A DNA stretch of 63,749 bases, the filler included, from Pelomyxa schiedti (lineage: Eukaryota; Protista; Evosea), in NCBI GenBank assembly GCA_020536535.1. It is 6 parts of 6 records of this genome, joined end to end, with 100 filler letters (N's around TTAATTAATTAA, not from the genome) between each part and the next. Parts side by side here need not be neighbours in the genome. Positions count along the whole stretch, not along the records: positions 1 to 31,388 come from JAHLWZ010000999.1; positions 31,489 to 44,926 come from JAHLWZ010000033.1; 4 more parts are not named here. The stretch is one strand, 5' to 3'. The stretch's first letter is position 1, and each line of letters opens with the position of its first letter. Below the pieces are notes generated by a model. That model had not been told where the DNA came from and did no database searches. It worked only from the letters and a program-made list of their open reading frames with translations. The position numbers and the translations under genes are program-made. Below are positions 26,272 to 38,394 of this stretch, in pieces.

Positions 26272-28914
26272 CTAATCACGCACGCACAGGATGAACTCCT
26301 CAAAGGCGTCGATGCACGTGAATACGGGTGCTACAGCGCTGCTACTGGTGGCCACAGAATAACAACCCACGACAAGCTGGAGGCGCTCAAGTTGACCACG
26401 ATCTACTTCCGCAAAGTGGTGCACGAGACCGGCCGCAGGCACAGCATCTACAGCTAGATCTACCCCACATGAATAAAATGATAATAAAAAAAAGAGCAGG
26501 CAACTAACGCCTCTCACGTGATTGATTAGAAGAAGAGAATGTTTTTTTTTTTTTGAACAGGAAATAACAAAATAGAAAAGGGTGTGGGGATACGGTGAGT
26601 AGATTAATTACACTTTGCCTCCAAAGTACTTGATTGTTTCAGTTGTGGAGCGTAGCAATAGCTTTAGGCTAACGCTATCGGGGCCTGACGGGTCAGCATT
26701 TTGCTTTTTCAAGCACTCAGCTTCAATACTAGTATACTTGATGTTAGGAATTGGGAGGAAAAAGCTGATCAGGAGAACAAACCACTCAAGAGAGCGCAGT
26801 AATCCATCCCGGCATTCCTTGTTCTTCTCGTCGAACAGAAGTGCTCTTTTGTAATCGTTGGCAGCCTGAACGTGCTGACCTAATTCAGCTCTTGCTGCAG
26901 CTCGGTGTCTGTATCCCTATACGTACAGTCATTTGATTGTGATTAATGGTAGTGATATACTTTAATGGAAGGCTGTCTTTCTATTGAAATTGTTCCATCA
27001 GTTATTGCCTCGGCATATCTTCCAAGTTTCAAAAAGACTAACGCACGATTTGTGTAATAAACATATTCCCTATCACAGGTAAAACTCATGAGTGTACTGC
27101 TGCAAAGCCGTACTCTGGGTCGTAGCTAATTGCCATAGAGTAATGACTTAGTGCATCCTGCCATTCTCCTTTCTGGAATGCTTGGTTACCCTGCATATAT
27201 GTTTCCTTACGGGCCAAAAAGGGTAAACACAGTCATACTAGAGCACGTTCCCGCTGAGCAAGTTGAATGCATTCTTCTGGAGGCGTATTTGGAGTTGGCT
27301 CTAGGACAGTCTTCATATCTTCTAGCATTCTTTCCTTGGCAGCTGAAAGACTATCCCCAATTGGCACCAAAGGAGGGCACTCGTCACAGGCTAAAATAGA
27401 AGGCTGGTCAGCAGTGAATTCATCACTCATCTTGGTATTAGAGGGATAAAATACCCACATCCTCGACTAGAGAGCAACGTTTTGACTGGTAAGATGTCTA
27501 CAAAAACACTTGAGGGAAATTGCTATTGAAGAAGTCAATGTACCTGTTCCCCTTCACCTGTGTAAAGAAGTGCGAAGTCGTGCATCCAATCTAAGTCTGG
27601 AAAGCGTGGTGGCTTGCCTCTTTTGTAGAGTTTTGACTAGTAAATTAATGGATTTACCAGATAAGTAAGAGATACGATTTGAGATCATTGAGCAAAGTTG
27701 ATTTTGCAGAAAGTAATCGGCCATGTGGAGAGTGTACAGCAGTGTTTTGTGGTAAAATTTGTAGTAAAGTATCGTAATCATTGAGTGCCTAAGGAGTTGT
27801 TATAGATAAGTTAATGATGTGCCATCGAGTACTTGAGCAAAGAGTTGTAGGTGAATATAAGAAAAAGCTCGACAAAACAAGGCTTTTATGTGACGCGGAA
27901 AAGAGTTCAGAATATCATTACAATCATCTATAGCTAGATCGCAAACCTAACATCAATAAGTTATTAAAAGAAAAACCTTAACTCCAGGAGCTTTAAAGTA
28001 ATCCTTTTTGTGCTCTATGAACTAATACTTGCCTTTGTCGCCAAATATGCAGAAGCCCTGCACAGCCGCATTGGAAGTCTAATTCTGTCAGCCATTGACT
28101 GTGACACAATTGCCTCCAAGCCCCTACTATACCAAGCAATAGCCGCGGGAAAGTTGAGCGCTGCGAATTCCGAGTTCCCCTTTGTGTACGCCGCGAGTGC
28201 CTCAGCATCCCTCGCCGCCTGATGTTCCGTTCCTTCCCCACCCCCAGTTTGATTCTGTTGCTGATTCTGTTGATTCTGCTGCTGTGGTTGTGCCTGAATG
28301 TTGCTGTTGTTGGTGTTGGTGTTGCTATTGCTGTTGTTGGCCTGAATGTGCTGCTGGTGCAGTTGCACGCACTGGGATTGGTGCAGTTGCTCAATCTGGG
28401 CTCTGAGCTGCGCGCACTCGGACTGGCACGCCAGCGGCTTGGACGCAGCCCGAGGCGCCACCTTGTGCCGCAGTATGCGCCTGTGTATCGGCGGCGACGC
28501 GCCTCGCCCGCCGCCCTGCTGCTGTTGTTGTTGCTGCTGCTGGGGCATCTGCTGCTGCTGTCCGTTTTGAGGCATCTGCTGTTGGGTCGATGTGGTCGTG
28601 GTCGTAGTGCCAGTGGTGGTTGTGGTTGTTGTTGTAGACGTGGAGCTGGTTGTTGCTGTTGTTGACGACGTTGTTGTGGGTGTGGGGAGCGAGGGGTCGA
28701 GGTTGGTGGCGGATTGGGGCGGCGGCGGCTGCTGCTGGCGCATGGAGGTAGGGGGCGGGAACATGTCGATGTCCTCGAAGCGGAGCTGCGGGGAGTTGCT
28801 GCCGGCCGGGTTGTTCTTGCGCCGACTGCTGTTGTGGTTGGAGGCTCCCCCCTTGGAGGAGTGCTTGTGGCTCTTGCCTTGCTTCTTGGGTTTGCCGCCT
28901 CCCTTGCCTGGCAT
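26272..28914 (-). CDS. TPR-containing protein with Q/T/N-rich N-terminus
   Basis: YTKGNSEFAALNFPAAIAWYSRGL and RHRAAARAELGQHVQAANDYKRALLFD are TPR-like helical hairpins; multiple introns. Confidence 0.65.
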
Positions 28915-29380
28915 GGTCTTCGTGGATTTTAATTTATTGAACCCCAGTGATTAAGGTCGACACTGGAGACTCTTCCATGGCCAAGGTGGGCATTCTACTA
29001 CGTAGTGCGACTTGTGGGTGTGGTATCACTCCGGAAGACCCAGCTCCTGGGGGTGTGCTTCGATCTGCTTGATCACTAACTGTCCACCCCTTCACCGGCC
29101 AAGCGCCCGCGTTACAACGACGTTGCCCGTGTCGATCCCGTCCCAGTATTACCAACTGCGGATCCTCATGATTATGACGTTGTTGTAGTCAAAACTGAAG
29201 TCACGACCTCTTCCGAGCCGGAGCAGCCACAACAACCAACACTGCTTTCTACTGAATCCTCCACCGCAACGACGGCGACAACTACTGCTACTGAAACAAG
29301 TGACGAGGCTCAACAAAGTACCAACGGTAACTCCCAAGAATCCAGCACACTAGCAACAACTCCCAGTAGCAAATTCGACG

Positions 29381-31388
29381 ATGACTGCCGATTCACCAGA
29401 AGCATCGACTGGCGCACCACCCCCACCACCACCAAACTACCTGCCACCCAACTGCAAGTGGTGCAACAAGAAATTACTGTCGAAAGCGAAAATCCGCCCG
29501 CCCGGTTCTGCTCACGCCATGTGGTCACACTGTGTGCTCCGACTGCTGGTCCGGCATACAGAGCCACGACGCGCGGTCGTGCCCAATCTGCAGGGTCTCA
29601 GTGACACATGGCACCCCCAACAGTCGAATTGCTTCGTTGCTCCAGGCCATGGAGGACGCGGGATGTGCAGTTCCGGGAGATCATTCCTCAGGCAGCTCAG
29701 AAGACCCTCTTATGTGCGCAGAGTGCTCAACCAACGAGGCCACTGTGTGGTGCCAGAAGGAGGAAATTGCGTTGTGTGCTCAGTGTGACACTGTGATTCA
29801 CCAGCTGAAAATAAACAAAACGCACGAGAGGGTCCCGATCGGGCCTTCAATGAAGCCAAAGAGGAGTTGGGCGGAACCCAAGTGCCCAGTGCACCCTAAC
29901 AAGGACCTTGACATTTGGTGTGAGGATGACAAAGTATGTATTTCACTTATTCTCTCCGAAATCCACTATTATTAATAATATTATTTTAAAGACACTTTGC
30001 TGCCTTCTTTGCAAGGAAGAGAGCCACAAAGGGCACAACGTCTCATTCCGTGATGATGCACATAGCACCGCGGTGAAGGCAATGCTCGAATCATATTCCA
30101 ACATAAAGGCAATCGTTCAAGCAGGTTCCTCCAAGGTTGAGGAAGAGCAAAAAGCACAAGACCAGTTGAATGATGACGCAAAAAGAACGAGAGAGTACAT
30201 TGAAACCGAGTTTGTCACCTTTCATCAGGCACTGGACCAACAAAAGGCACATCTCCTTTCGCAACGGGCGAAGCACAAGAAACGTTGCCATGGCCCTCGC
30301 CAAATCCACAGGTCCTTTTTCTTTACAAATCACTCAATCGAAATAACAACAAAATAAGAGACAAAAGTGGCTGAGATGTACTACTACCAGCAAATAAGTG
30401 CTGCAATTGAGCATCTTCAAAAATGTGATGACACCTTTGCAGTTTTGCAGACGCTCTCCCTGCTCAAAAAAGAGGAAAATGTCAGTGGTGGCCTTGTCAG
30501 TGACTTATTTGGAGAGCAACCACCATCCATTACAACGGCATTGGCATTGGGAAGTTTGACCTTTGTGGGCCAGTATGCATCTCTGATAGGCCAAACAAAT
30601 GTCGCGGTTCGGGTCTGTCTTCCAGTTTCCTGTGTTGGATGTGCAATGCACTGTTACAGACATGGAAACCACAATCACATGGGAGGAGAGAGAGCCCCTT
30701 TTAGACAACCCAGGACTAAAATATTCTTACCAGGGGGTGCTACTGCTGAATGATGTACTTGTCCAAAGTTGGGTCACCCCACACAAATATTATGTTCTAC
30801 ACTTGCCTCCAGGTATCACATATGTGGTGAAAGTGAGAGGACTTTATGGGAATGAAAAGCGTGTGAGACAACAGCCACACAATGTTTCTGCGTGGTTTGA
30901 GAGGTCTTTCACCACTCATCCCCGCCAAGTATTCTCAAGGCCGGGCAGATACACTTTCACCATTCCAGCAGCGTGACATCAATAAACACAATTGCTATGG
31001 AGGCGGTGGTGCTGGTGGCTCATGGGGCAAAGGAAAACAACAAAGAGGAACCGATGGAGGCGATTCAATGATTGAAGGTTGTCAGAGCCCGTGGTGGCAA
31101 GGCTGGAAGCCCAGCGCGCGGCGATCGCGAGGGTGGCCGTGGAACAACTGCCAACGGCGGAAAGGGGTCGCATCCCTAACAACGGCGCTCAAAGCGCACG
31201 TGCCAGTGGTGGTGGCGCCGGTGCCAATTGTGGAGAGCGGGTTGTAGGCGCGGCGAGAAGGCCATATCACTGTGATTTCGAATCACACCCAGAGTGGGTT
31301 CCAAGCTGTTCCCAAAGGGTGGTCTCAAAATGTGAAAAAACACTACCCAAGTGGAGAAGGTGGAGGTAAAATCACAATGGGCTCGATG
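29381..31388 (+). pseudogene. TRIM-like gene (RING, two B-boxes, coiled coil, FN3-like, Gly-rich domain) with many frameshifts: pseudogene or sequence error
   Basis: CKWC lies in one frame and PVLLTPCGHTVCSDC..CPIC in another; B-boxes CAEC..VWC..LCAQCD..H and CPVH..LDIWCEDD..CCLLC..H; further shifts near 30270, 30600, 30970, 31000, 31080 and 31170. Confidence 0.7.
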
Positions 31389-31488
31389 NNNNNNNNNNNN
31401 NNNNNNNNNNNNNNNNNNNNNNNNNNNNNNNNTTAATTAATTAANNNNNNNNNNNNNNNNNNNNNNNNNNNNNNNNNNNNNNNNNNNN
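31389..31488. other. Artificial contig linker (44N-TTAATTAATTAA-44N)
   Basis: Six-frame stop linker at 31433-31444 flanked by Ns. Confidence 0.97.
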
Positions 31489-32174
31489 ACCCTCCACACA
31501 ATCAACTTCTTCACAGTTGCCAGGGGCTCAACCCTCACAAGCCACTTCTTGTTGCTGACCCAGAACCCAAACAAGTCGCACTGAGTGTCACCTTCCAGTT
31601 CCGCCACCAGTTCCGCCACCACTTCCCCCTCGCTATTTACGATGCATGGGCACACCGAGAAGGATCCTTCCACAAACCTGTCATCACCCACACACCCCTG
31701 AACAAAGCCAAACCTACCGTAACTTCTTGGCTTCTTGAACTGCAACTCTCCAAAACATTTGCATGACACAACACCAAGTGTTGCACTCAAGCCCATGAAC
31801 ACGTGAAAATACACTGTTGTTTTCCCGTTCAGCACCTTGGTATCACTTCCCACAAGTCGAAGTATGAGGGTGGCTCCGATCCACCTGGAGCAACCGACGA
31901 CCCAGTCGCGGCCGAACTGCTCGCACAGTGCGCGATTGTGGGACAGCAGCCTCGCTGGGCTCCCTCTCCCACACCTGGTCAAGCCCGAACTCCCAAAACC
32001 ACCAACAAACTGTGATCGTGCCTCGATCACTGCCCGAATCGTCGGTGTTCGTTTTATCTTACCCTTCGTGTTGAGGGTCCCCATAGATGCGAAAAAACTA
32101 AACGATGTTTCTCTTGTTTTGAAAAAAAGTGATGGCATGAAACCATCAAAAATTAAGTGAATGGCCCTGCTCAC
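31489..32174 (-). CDS. Beta-rich family, subtype C copy 1 (3' end cut by the gap)
   Basis: ARSQFVGG...RCGRGSPARLL...EQFGRDWVV...GLSATLGVV...SNKKWLV. Confidence 0.65.
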
Positions 32175-32410
32175 GTGCGTGGATACGGATGCCCCATGAA
32201 GGGTCCTTCGACAAACCTGTCATCCCCCATACACTCCTGCACCGCAACTTTCCAAGACGCTTGCACTCAAGCCAATGAACAAGTGAAAAGTCACTGGTTG
32301 TTTTCCGGTTCGAACGGAAGCGGCCGAATTGCTCTCACAGAGGGACAGCGATGTAATCACTCGTGAAACGGGTATGGGACACCCCTTACAAAAGAAAATC
32401 CCGTATGTAA

Positions 32411-33874
32411 TCAGAGGAAACAAGGAGGCAGCACACGTGGGGACTTGAATGGGAATGGAGTGATCAACTGTGGGAAGATTCCCTGAGCAAGTGACATTGT
32501 GAACAATGAGGCACCTGTCAAAGCATCTCTGAACGTGTGAATTGACCTCAAAATGGTCTCCCGTGGGCCCTGGTATGGCACTTTGGCAAGCCTCCTTTCT
32601 GAGAAGGATCCGAATTCAGAACTGAGCACCCACACTCTCACAATTGTGCTGGACACCAACAGACCACAGCCAGCAACAACGGACTGAGTTCCTTCCGGGT
32701 GCTGGTGTGTGATGCATGGTGCAATCTGTGGATGTGGCTGGTCAACTCTGCGCCTCTTTGGAGTCGAACAACTGCTGGGGGGGTGGCACAGTGCAGACAA
32801 GGAATAAACTGAGGTGGAGGACAGGTCGCTGGTTGTTGTGCACACGTGTGAACTGTCAACTGCCTTCACCTCAAGTTCCTTGTTGTCCTCCAACCACGTG
32901 ATGGAGATTCCAGTTCTCAAGTCCAGGAGCCTCTCAGATTGCTTCCCTGATGGTTTTTGTGTTTCAGTGAACGTCAAGTAGAACCTCATTTCAGTCCTGT
33001 CAACAAGTGGGGTGCACAGATTGTCGGGCGAGATTCCTGCTTTTGTCAAGTTGCAAGTTGACACCCAAACTGGGTCTTTGATTTCACCTTCCTTCCACAC
33101 AGTGTTCAGATCAATGTGAAACCCAAGCAGAACCACTTCTGAATCTCTCTGGCCTGCCTGTTGAAACTCGAGGAAGAACACCTCCAGTGTGTCAGACTCG
33201 AAGTCATACTCGTTTCTCAGTGAAAAGAACCGCAGTGATTGGAGGCCCCGCATCCACGAGCAGTTCACCACAACGGGCTCAGGCAGTGGCAAACCATCCA
33301 CAACCTTCCACACCTCAAACAAGCACGGAACCGTTGGCGACATCACAATCCACCTCCTGTTGCACGCAGATATCTGGCTCTGTCCGTTTGCAGGAAATTG
33401 GAGTGGGCCCATAACAGCAGTATCATGGGGTCCATCAAGGATCGAGAATGTCCAGAGAGGGGCAGGGACGTCATCAGGTTCGTCTAAGTACACTGTCCTG
33501 TCTGGCCCAATCCAGCCGAGTGTGTTGTAGTGGGTCACAACTGTTGGCGGCTGCACAATCCCCAGGGTGTGTGACACACTGAACAGCACCTCGTAGCCCT
33601 GCGTGGCCAAGCTCATGGGACCAGGGAAGAACTTGGCCATCACCACTCTGTCGACGGCCATCACCCACCTCTTCCCAATGCACTCGACCAACACCCACCG
33701 AGGCAGCATCCAAACGCGGCTGCGAGTGGGAATTGTGGGACCACCGGGCGACGACGGCGGCGGCGGGGGGGCACAGCGGCCAGAGGCCAGGGCCAAGAAC
33801 TGACGCTCGGCGACGTTGCACGCATTGACGTTCAGAATGGATCTCCGCCTGCCAAAGTAGCGGGCGATCATCAC
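32411..33874 (-). CDS. Beta-rich family, subtype A copy 1 (487 aa, intronless)
   Basis: ERQFLALASG...CIGKRWVM...SVSHTLGIV...CNRRWIV...FRDALTGASLF. Confidence 0.75.
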   Translation of the reverse strand: MMIARYFGRRRSILNVNACNVAERQFLALASGRCAPPPPPSSPGGPTIPTRSRVWMLPRWVLVECIGKRWVMAVDRVVMAKFFPGPMSLATQGYEVLFSVSHTLGIVQPPTVVTHYNTLGWIGPDRTVYLDEPDDVPAPLWTFSILDGPHDTAVMGPLQFPANGQSQISACNRRWIVMSPTVPCLFEVWKVVDGLPLPEPVVVNCSWMRGLQSLRFFSLRNEYDFESDTLEVFFLEFQQAGQRDSEVVLLGFHIDLNTVWKEGEIKDPVWVSTCNLTKAGISPDNLCTPLVDRTEMRFYLTFTETQKPSGKQSERLLDLRTGISITWLEDNKELEVKAVDSSHVCTTTSDLSSTSVYSLSALCHPPSSCSTPKRRRVDQPHPQIAPCITHQHPEGTQSVVAGCGLLVSSTIVRVWVLSSEFGSFSERRLAKVPYQGPRETILRSIHTFRDALTGASLFTMSLAQGIFPQLITPFPFKSPRVLPPCFL

Positions 33875-33963
33875 TTCAGCAGGTTTTTTTTTTTTTTTTG
33901 TTGTTGTCGTTTTTTAGACCTCCTGGCGCCATAATTGGATGGATGGGATTGGGCCAAACCCTG

Positions 33964-35238
33964 TCACAAGGCACGAAGGGACAACTTGTGGATTGCACTG
34001 TGTGATGGTTGGTGCAGCAAAAAAGTGCCAGTGAGTGCATCGAAAACATCAAAGTGATCCTCATCCCAGAGCACAATGAAGCCGTTCCCACCCAGTACCT
34101 TGATGTTGTGCCTCAGTGGGAATACGTGAACAGGGTGACCAAAGTCAGCAGTTGAGAAAACGGTAAGGGTCTCACTGGCTCTATCCCCCTCCGCGAAGTG
34201 AGTGGGATCCACCATGTCTACTGGGCAATGAGACGTGTGAAGAATGACGGACTGCGATGGGGAGACTGCCTTCCACCGCGTGGTGGTGCCATCTTCATTT
34301 GTCAAGGGCAAAATTACGTTGTGCTCCTTTGAGTGATAAACAGCCCTGCAAACCGTCTCAGACAAGGTTGAAAACCCACAGAAGGTTCCAGTGACAGCAA
34401 GTTCTCCTGATTCAAACGACCTTTTCAAATCCACTCGCCACATGTCCAGCTTCGCCGCAGAACCATCTCTTACCACAAATGAACCTTCGTCGTCATCTTC
34501 GGTGTTCATCAAAACATTCGCCAGAAATGCCTTCCTTCCCACGTTCACATGCCTCCAATAACTTTCTCTCTCACTCTCCTGAGACTGCTGCTGCGGGAGG
34601 ACCTTCATGGCACTCACAGAAAGCACCACAATGTGCTCTGATTTCACACCTTCCCAGATCACCACCCACTTTCTGCCATTGCTCACCCTGTGGGTCCAAG
34701 CTCCAACGAACCCTGGGTCATCCACGTCCCTCACCTCACGTGACACCAGGTTTACAATCCCAATCTTTCCACCCCTCGTTCCTTCCACCACAGCATGCTT
34801 GTCACCAAAGAGCCCTGCAGGAGTGACGTGAATGCAGGTCCAATTGAACTGCGCATTCTTCCTGCAGGCCCAGCGACCAACAACGCCGAGGGTATGTGAC
34901 ACGTCAACAAACACAAAATGGCGGGTCATTTCGTTTCTGTGATCGACAGAGGGGTCAGGAAGCAAGTGGTCGCCCATAATCGCGACCCTCCTGTCGACGT
35001 GCATGACCCACCTGGATCCGATTTCATCGGCTACAACGTGGGCCGGGAGCAGCCTGGCTGGGCTGCGTGTCCCACAACGTGGAAATGCCACGCACGCAAG
35101 CAGTGCGACGAGTTGGTCCCGCGCCATCACAACGTGGCTTGCTGACGGCAGAGTCCCAGGAACCATCTCTTCAAGCTTTCGAGGGACAACAACACGTTGT
35201 GGTGCCCGGGTGTGGGGGACCGTAACGTCAGCTGCCAT
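33964..35238 (-). CDS. Beta-rich family, subtype B copy 1
   Basis: ARDQLVAL...RCGTRSPARLL...EIGSRWVM...DVSHTLGVV...SNGRKWVV...FDALTGTFLL. Likely ATG at 35238; the longer listed ORF extends into the neighbouring gene out of frame. Confidence 0.75.
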   Translation of the reverse strand: MAADVTVPHTRAPQRVVVPRKLEEMVPGTLPSASHVVMARDQLVALLACVAFPRCGTRSPARLLPAHVVADEIGSRWVMHVDRRVAIMGDHLLPDPSVDHRNEMTRHFVFVDVSHTLGVVGRWACRKNAQFNWTCIHVTPAGLFGDKHAVVEGTRGGKIGIVNLVSREVRDVDDPGFVGAWTHRVSNGRKWVVIWEGVKSEHIVVLSVSAMKVLPQQQSQESERESYWRHVNVGRKAFLANVLMNTEDDDEGSFVVRDGSAAKLDMWRVDLKRSFESGELAVTGTFCGFSTLSETVCRAVYHSKEHNVILPLTNEDGTTTRWKAVSPSQSVILHTSHCPVDMVDPTHFAEGDRASETLTVFSTADFGHPVHVFPLRHNIKVLGGNGFIVLWDEDHFDVFDALTGTFLLHQPSHSAIHKLSLRAL

Positions 35239-35357
35239 TTTCGTGGGAGTAACTCTTGGGATTGATGAAACCGGTGTGTTGATGAAACAACCATCAAAAA
35301 CCGAATTCAAATGTATGTATCGCGTATGTAATTCAGTACAAACAAGGAGGCCTCCAT

Positions 35358-36989
35358 TCAGTGGTGCAGCACACGTGGGGACTTGAATGGGAATGGAGTG
35401 ATCAACTGTGGGAAGATTCCCTGAGCAAGGGACATCGTGAACAATGAGGCACCTGTCAAAGCATCTCTGAACGTGTGAATTGACGTTAAAATGGTCTCCC
35501 ATGGGCCCTGGTATGGCACTGTGGCAAGCCTCCTTTCCGGGAAGGAATCGAATTCGGCACTGTGCATCCACGCTCTCACAATTGTGCTGGACACCAACAG
35601 ACCACAGCCAGCAACAACGTGTGTGATGCATGGCGCAATCTGTGGATGTGGCTGGTCAACTCTGCGCCTCTTTGGAGTCAAGGTGGTGGCAAGGTTGCAC
35701 AGTGCAGACAAGGAATAAACTGAGGTGGAGGACAGGTCGCTGGTTGTTGTGCACACGTGTGAACTGTCAACTGCCTTCACCTCAAGTTCCTTGTTGTCCT
35801 CCAACCACGTGATGGCGATTCCAGTTCTCAAGTCCAGGAGCCTCTCAGATTGCTTCCCTGATGTTTTTTGTGTTTCAGTGAACGGCAAGTAGTACCTCAT
35901 TTCCGTCCTGTCAACAAGTGGGGTGCACAGATTGTCGGGCGAGATTCCTGCTTTTGTCAAGTTGCAAGTTGACACCCAAACTGGGTCTTTGATTTCACCT
36001 TCCTTCCACACAGTGTTCAGGTCAATGTGAAACCCAGACAGAACCACTTCGGAGTCTCTCTGGCCTGGCTGTTGATGCCCAAGGAAGAACACCTCCAGTG
36101 TGTCAGACTCGAAGTCGTACTCGTTTCTCAGTGAAAAGAACCGCAGCGATTGGAGGCATGGCATCCACGAGCAGTTCACCACAACGGGCTCAGGCAGTGG
36201 CAAACCATCCACGACTTTCCACACCTCCAACAGGCACAGAACCATTTGTGACATCACAATCCACCTCCTGTTGCACGCAGATACGTGGCTCTGTCTGTTC
36301 CCAGGAAACTGAAGTGGGCCCATTACCACAGCACCATGGAGATGGGGTCCGTCGATGATGGAGAAGGTCCAGTGGGCATGAGGCACAGCAGGCGGGTCCA
36401 AGCGCAGTGTCCTGTCTGGCCCAATCCAGCCGAGTGTGTTGTAGTGGATCACATCCGTAGGCAGTTGCACAATCCCCAGGGTGTGCGACACACTGAACAG
36501 CACCTCGTAGTCCCTGATGGCATTCCGCGGGCGGACAAAAAAAGCAGCCACCACGACCCTGTCGACGGCCACCACCCACCTCTTCCCAATGCACTCTACC
36601 AGCACCCAACGAGGCAGCATCCAAACGTGGCAGCTGCCACGCCCGCGAGTGGGAATTATGGGACCACCAGGCGATGGTGGTGTGGTGCTGTATGAGGAGG
36701 AGGACGATGATGGGACAGGACGGCTGCCAGAGGCAAGGGCCAAGAACTGACGCTCAGCGACGTTGCACGCATCGACGTCCAGATTTGATTGTTGCAGGCA
36801 AAAGAAAGGGATGGGAGGCGAAAAACGTGCGTCGCTGTGCGAAGAGTGCCGGGCCAAGATCCACAAGTACAAGGGCGACATGAAAGAGAGATCTAGATCT
36901 AGCGGGCGACACGTCGGCGACGTGATTGATGATCCAATGAAGCCACGGTGGGACGCTGTAATGGTGTGTGCGGCAACGCCGCTTTGCAT
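35358..36989 (-). CDS. Beta-rich family, subtype A copy 2 (native start region missing, open into upstream spacer)
   Basis: Near-identical to 41521-43005; lacks the QHPEGTQS segment and the MIDGGRR start. Confidence 0.65.
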   Translation of the reverse strand: MQSGVAAHTITASHRGFIGSSITSPTCRPLDLDLSFMSPLYLWILARHSSHSDARFSPPIPFFCLQQSNLDVDACNVAERQFLALASGSRPVPSSSSSSYSTTPPSPGGPIIPTRGRGSCHVWMLPRWVLVECIGKRWVVAVDRVVVAAFFVRPRNAIRDYEVLFSVSHTLGIVQLPTDVIHYNTLGWIGPDRTLRLDPPAVPHAHWTFSIIDGPHLHGAVVMGPLQFPGNRQSHVSACNRRWIVMSQMVLCLLEVWKVVDGLPLPEPVVVNCSWMPCLQSLRFFSLRNEYDFESDTLEVFFLGHQQPGQRDSEVVLSGFHIDLNTVWKEGEIKDPVWVSTCNLTKAGISPDNLCTPLVDRTEMRYYLPFTETQKTSGKQSERLLDLRTGIAITWLEDNKELEVKAVDSSHVCTTTSDLSSTSVYSLSALCNLATTLTPKRRRVDQPHPQIAPCITHVVAGCGLLVSSTIVRAWMHSAEFDSFPERRLATVPYQGPWETILTSIHTFRDALTGASLFTMSLAQGIFPQLITPFPFKSPRVLHH

Positions 36990-37444
36990 TAGTTTGTGTG
37001 GCGCCTCGAAAAGGCGATGTGTCTCTCTTAGTCTGTTGTTATTGTCATTAATTTTTAACGCGTTTTGTTGGTGTATGTTTTGTTGTATTTTTGTTTTTTT
37101 TACTTTTATTGTTGGTTTTTTGTTTAATGATGAATAATGGTATAGGATGAGTTTACTCTGTGTGGGGAATGCACGGACTTGGTGAAGAAGAATTGGGACC
37201 CTTATCGACTGGCTCTGCCGTTTTATTCAGGCTGCTTCGTTTTGTTGTCTGTTGTTCTGGCTGCTTATATTTTCTGTAAGTTCGCGGCCATTCTGTAAGC
37301 CTTCAGAATCCCATTTTATCACTGACACACTGTGTGCTGTTGTTNNNNNNNNNNNNNNNNNNNNNNNNNNNNNNNNNNNNNNNNNNNNNNNNNNNNNNNN
37401 NNNNNNNNNNNNNNNNNNNNNNNNNNNNNNNNNNNNNNNNNNNN

Positions 37445-38115
37445 ACCCTCCACACAATCAACTTCTTCACAGTTGCCAGGGGCTCAACCCTCACAAGCCA
37501 CTTCTTGTTGCTGACCCAGAACCCAAACAAGTCGCACTGAGTGTCACCTTCCAGTTCCGCCACCACTTCCCCCTCGCTATTCACGATGCATGAGCACCCC
37601 GAGAAGGATCCTTCCACAAACCTGTCATCACCCACACACCCCTGAACAAAGCCAAACCTACAGTCACTTCTTGGCTTCTTGAACTGCAACTCTCCAAAGC
37701 ACTTGCATGACACAACACCAAGTGTTGCACTCAAGCCCATGAACACGTGAAAATACACTGTTGTTTTCCCGTTCGGCACCTTAGTATCATCCACAAGTGG
37801 AAGTATGAGGGTGGCTCCGATCCACCTGGAGCAGCCGACGACCCAGTCGCGGCCGAACTGCTCGCACAGCGCGCGATTGTGGGACAGCAGCCTCGCTGGG
37901 CTCCCTCTCCCGCACCTGGTCAAGCCCGAACTCCCAAAACCACCAACAAACTGTGATCGTGCCTCGATCGCTGCCCGAATCGTCGCTGTTGGTTTTATCT
38001 TACCCTTCGTGTTGAGGGTCCCCATAGCTGCGAAAAAACTAAACAATGTTTCTCGTGTTTTGGGAAAAAGTGATGGGATGAAACCATCAAAAAATAAGTG
38101 AATGGCCCTGATCAC
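37445..38115 (-). CDS. Beta-rich family, subtype C copy 2 (3' end cut by the gap)
   Basis: Paralogue or allele of 31489-32174. Confidence 0.65.
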
Positions 38116-38394
38116 GTGCGTGGATACGGATGCCCCATGAAGGGTCCTTCCACAAACCTGTCATCCCACACACTCCTGAACCGCAACTTTCCAAGACGCT
38201 TGCACGACGTGTGAGACAATGAACAAGTGAAAATTCACTTGTTGTTTTCCCGTTCGAACGGCCGCGGCTGAATTCCTCGCACAGTGCGCGATTGTGGGAC
38301 AGCGATGTAATCACTCGTGAAACGGAAATGGCACACCCCTTACAAAAGAAATCGCGTATGTAATCGTAATCAGTACAAACAAGGAGGCCTCCAT

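Noticed and set aside
29381-31388. Euplotes-type stop-induced +1 programmed frameshifting
   Set aside because: The shift sites lack AAA-TAR motifs, most have no stop at the junction, and shifts occur in both directions.
32160-32410. Small ORFs upstream of subtype C genes (also 38116-38340)
   Set aside because: They are degenerate partial copies of the subtype C sequence, not independent genes.
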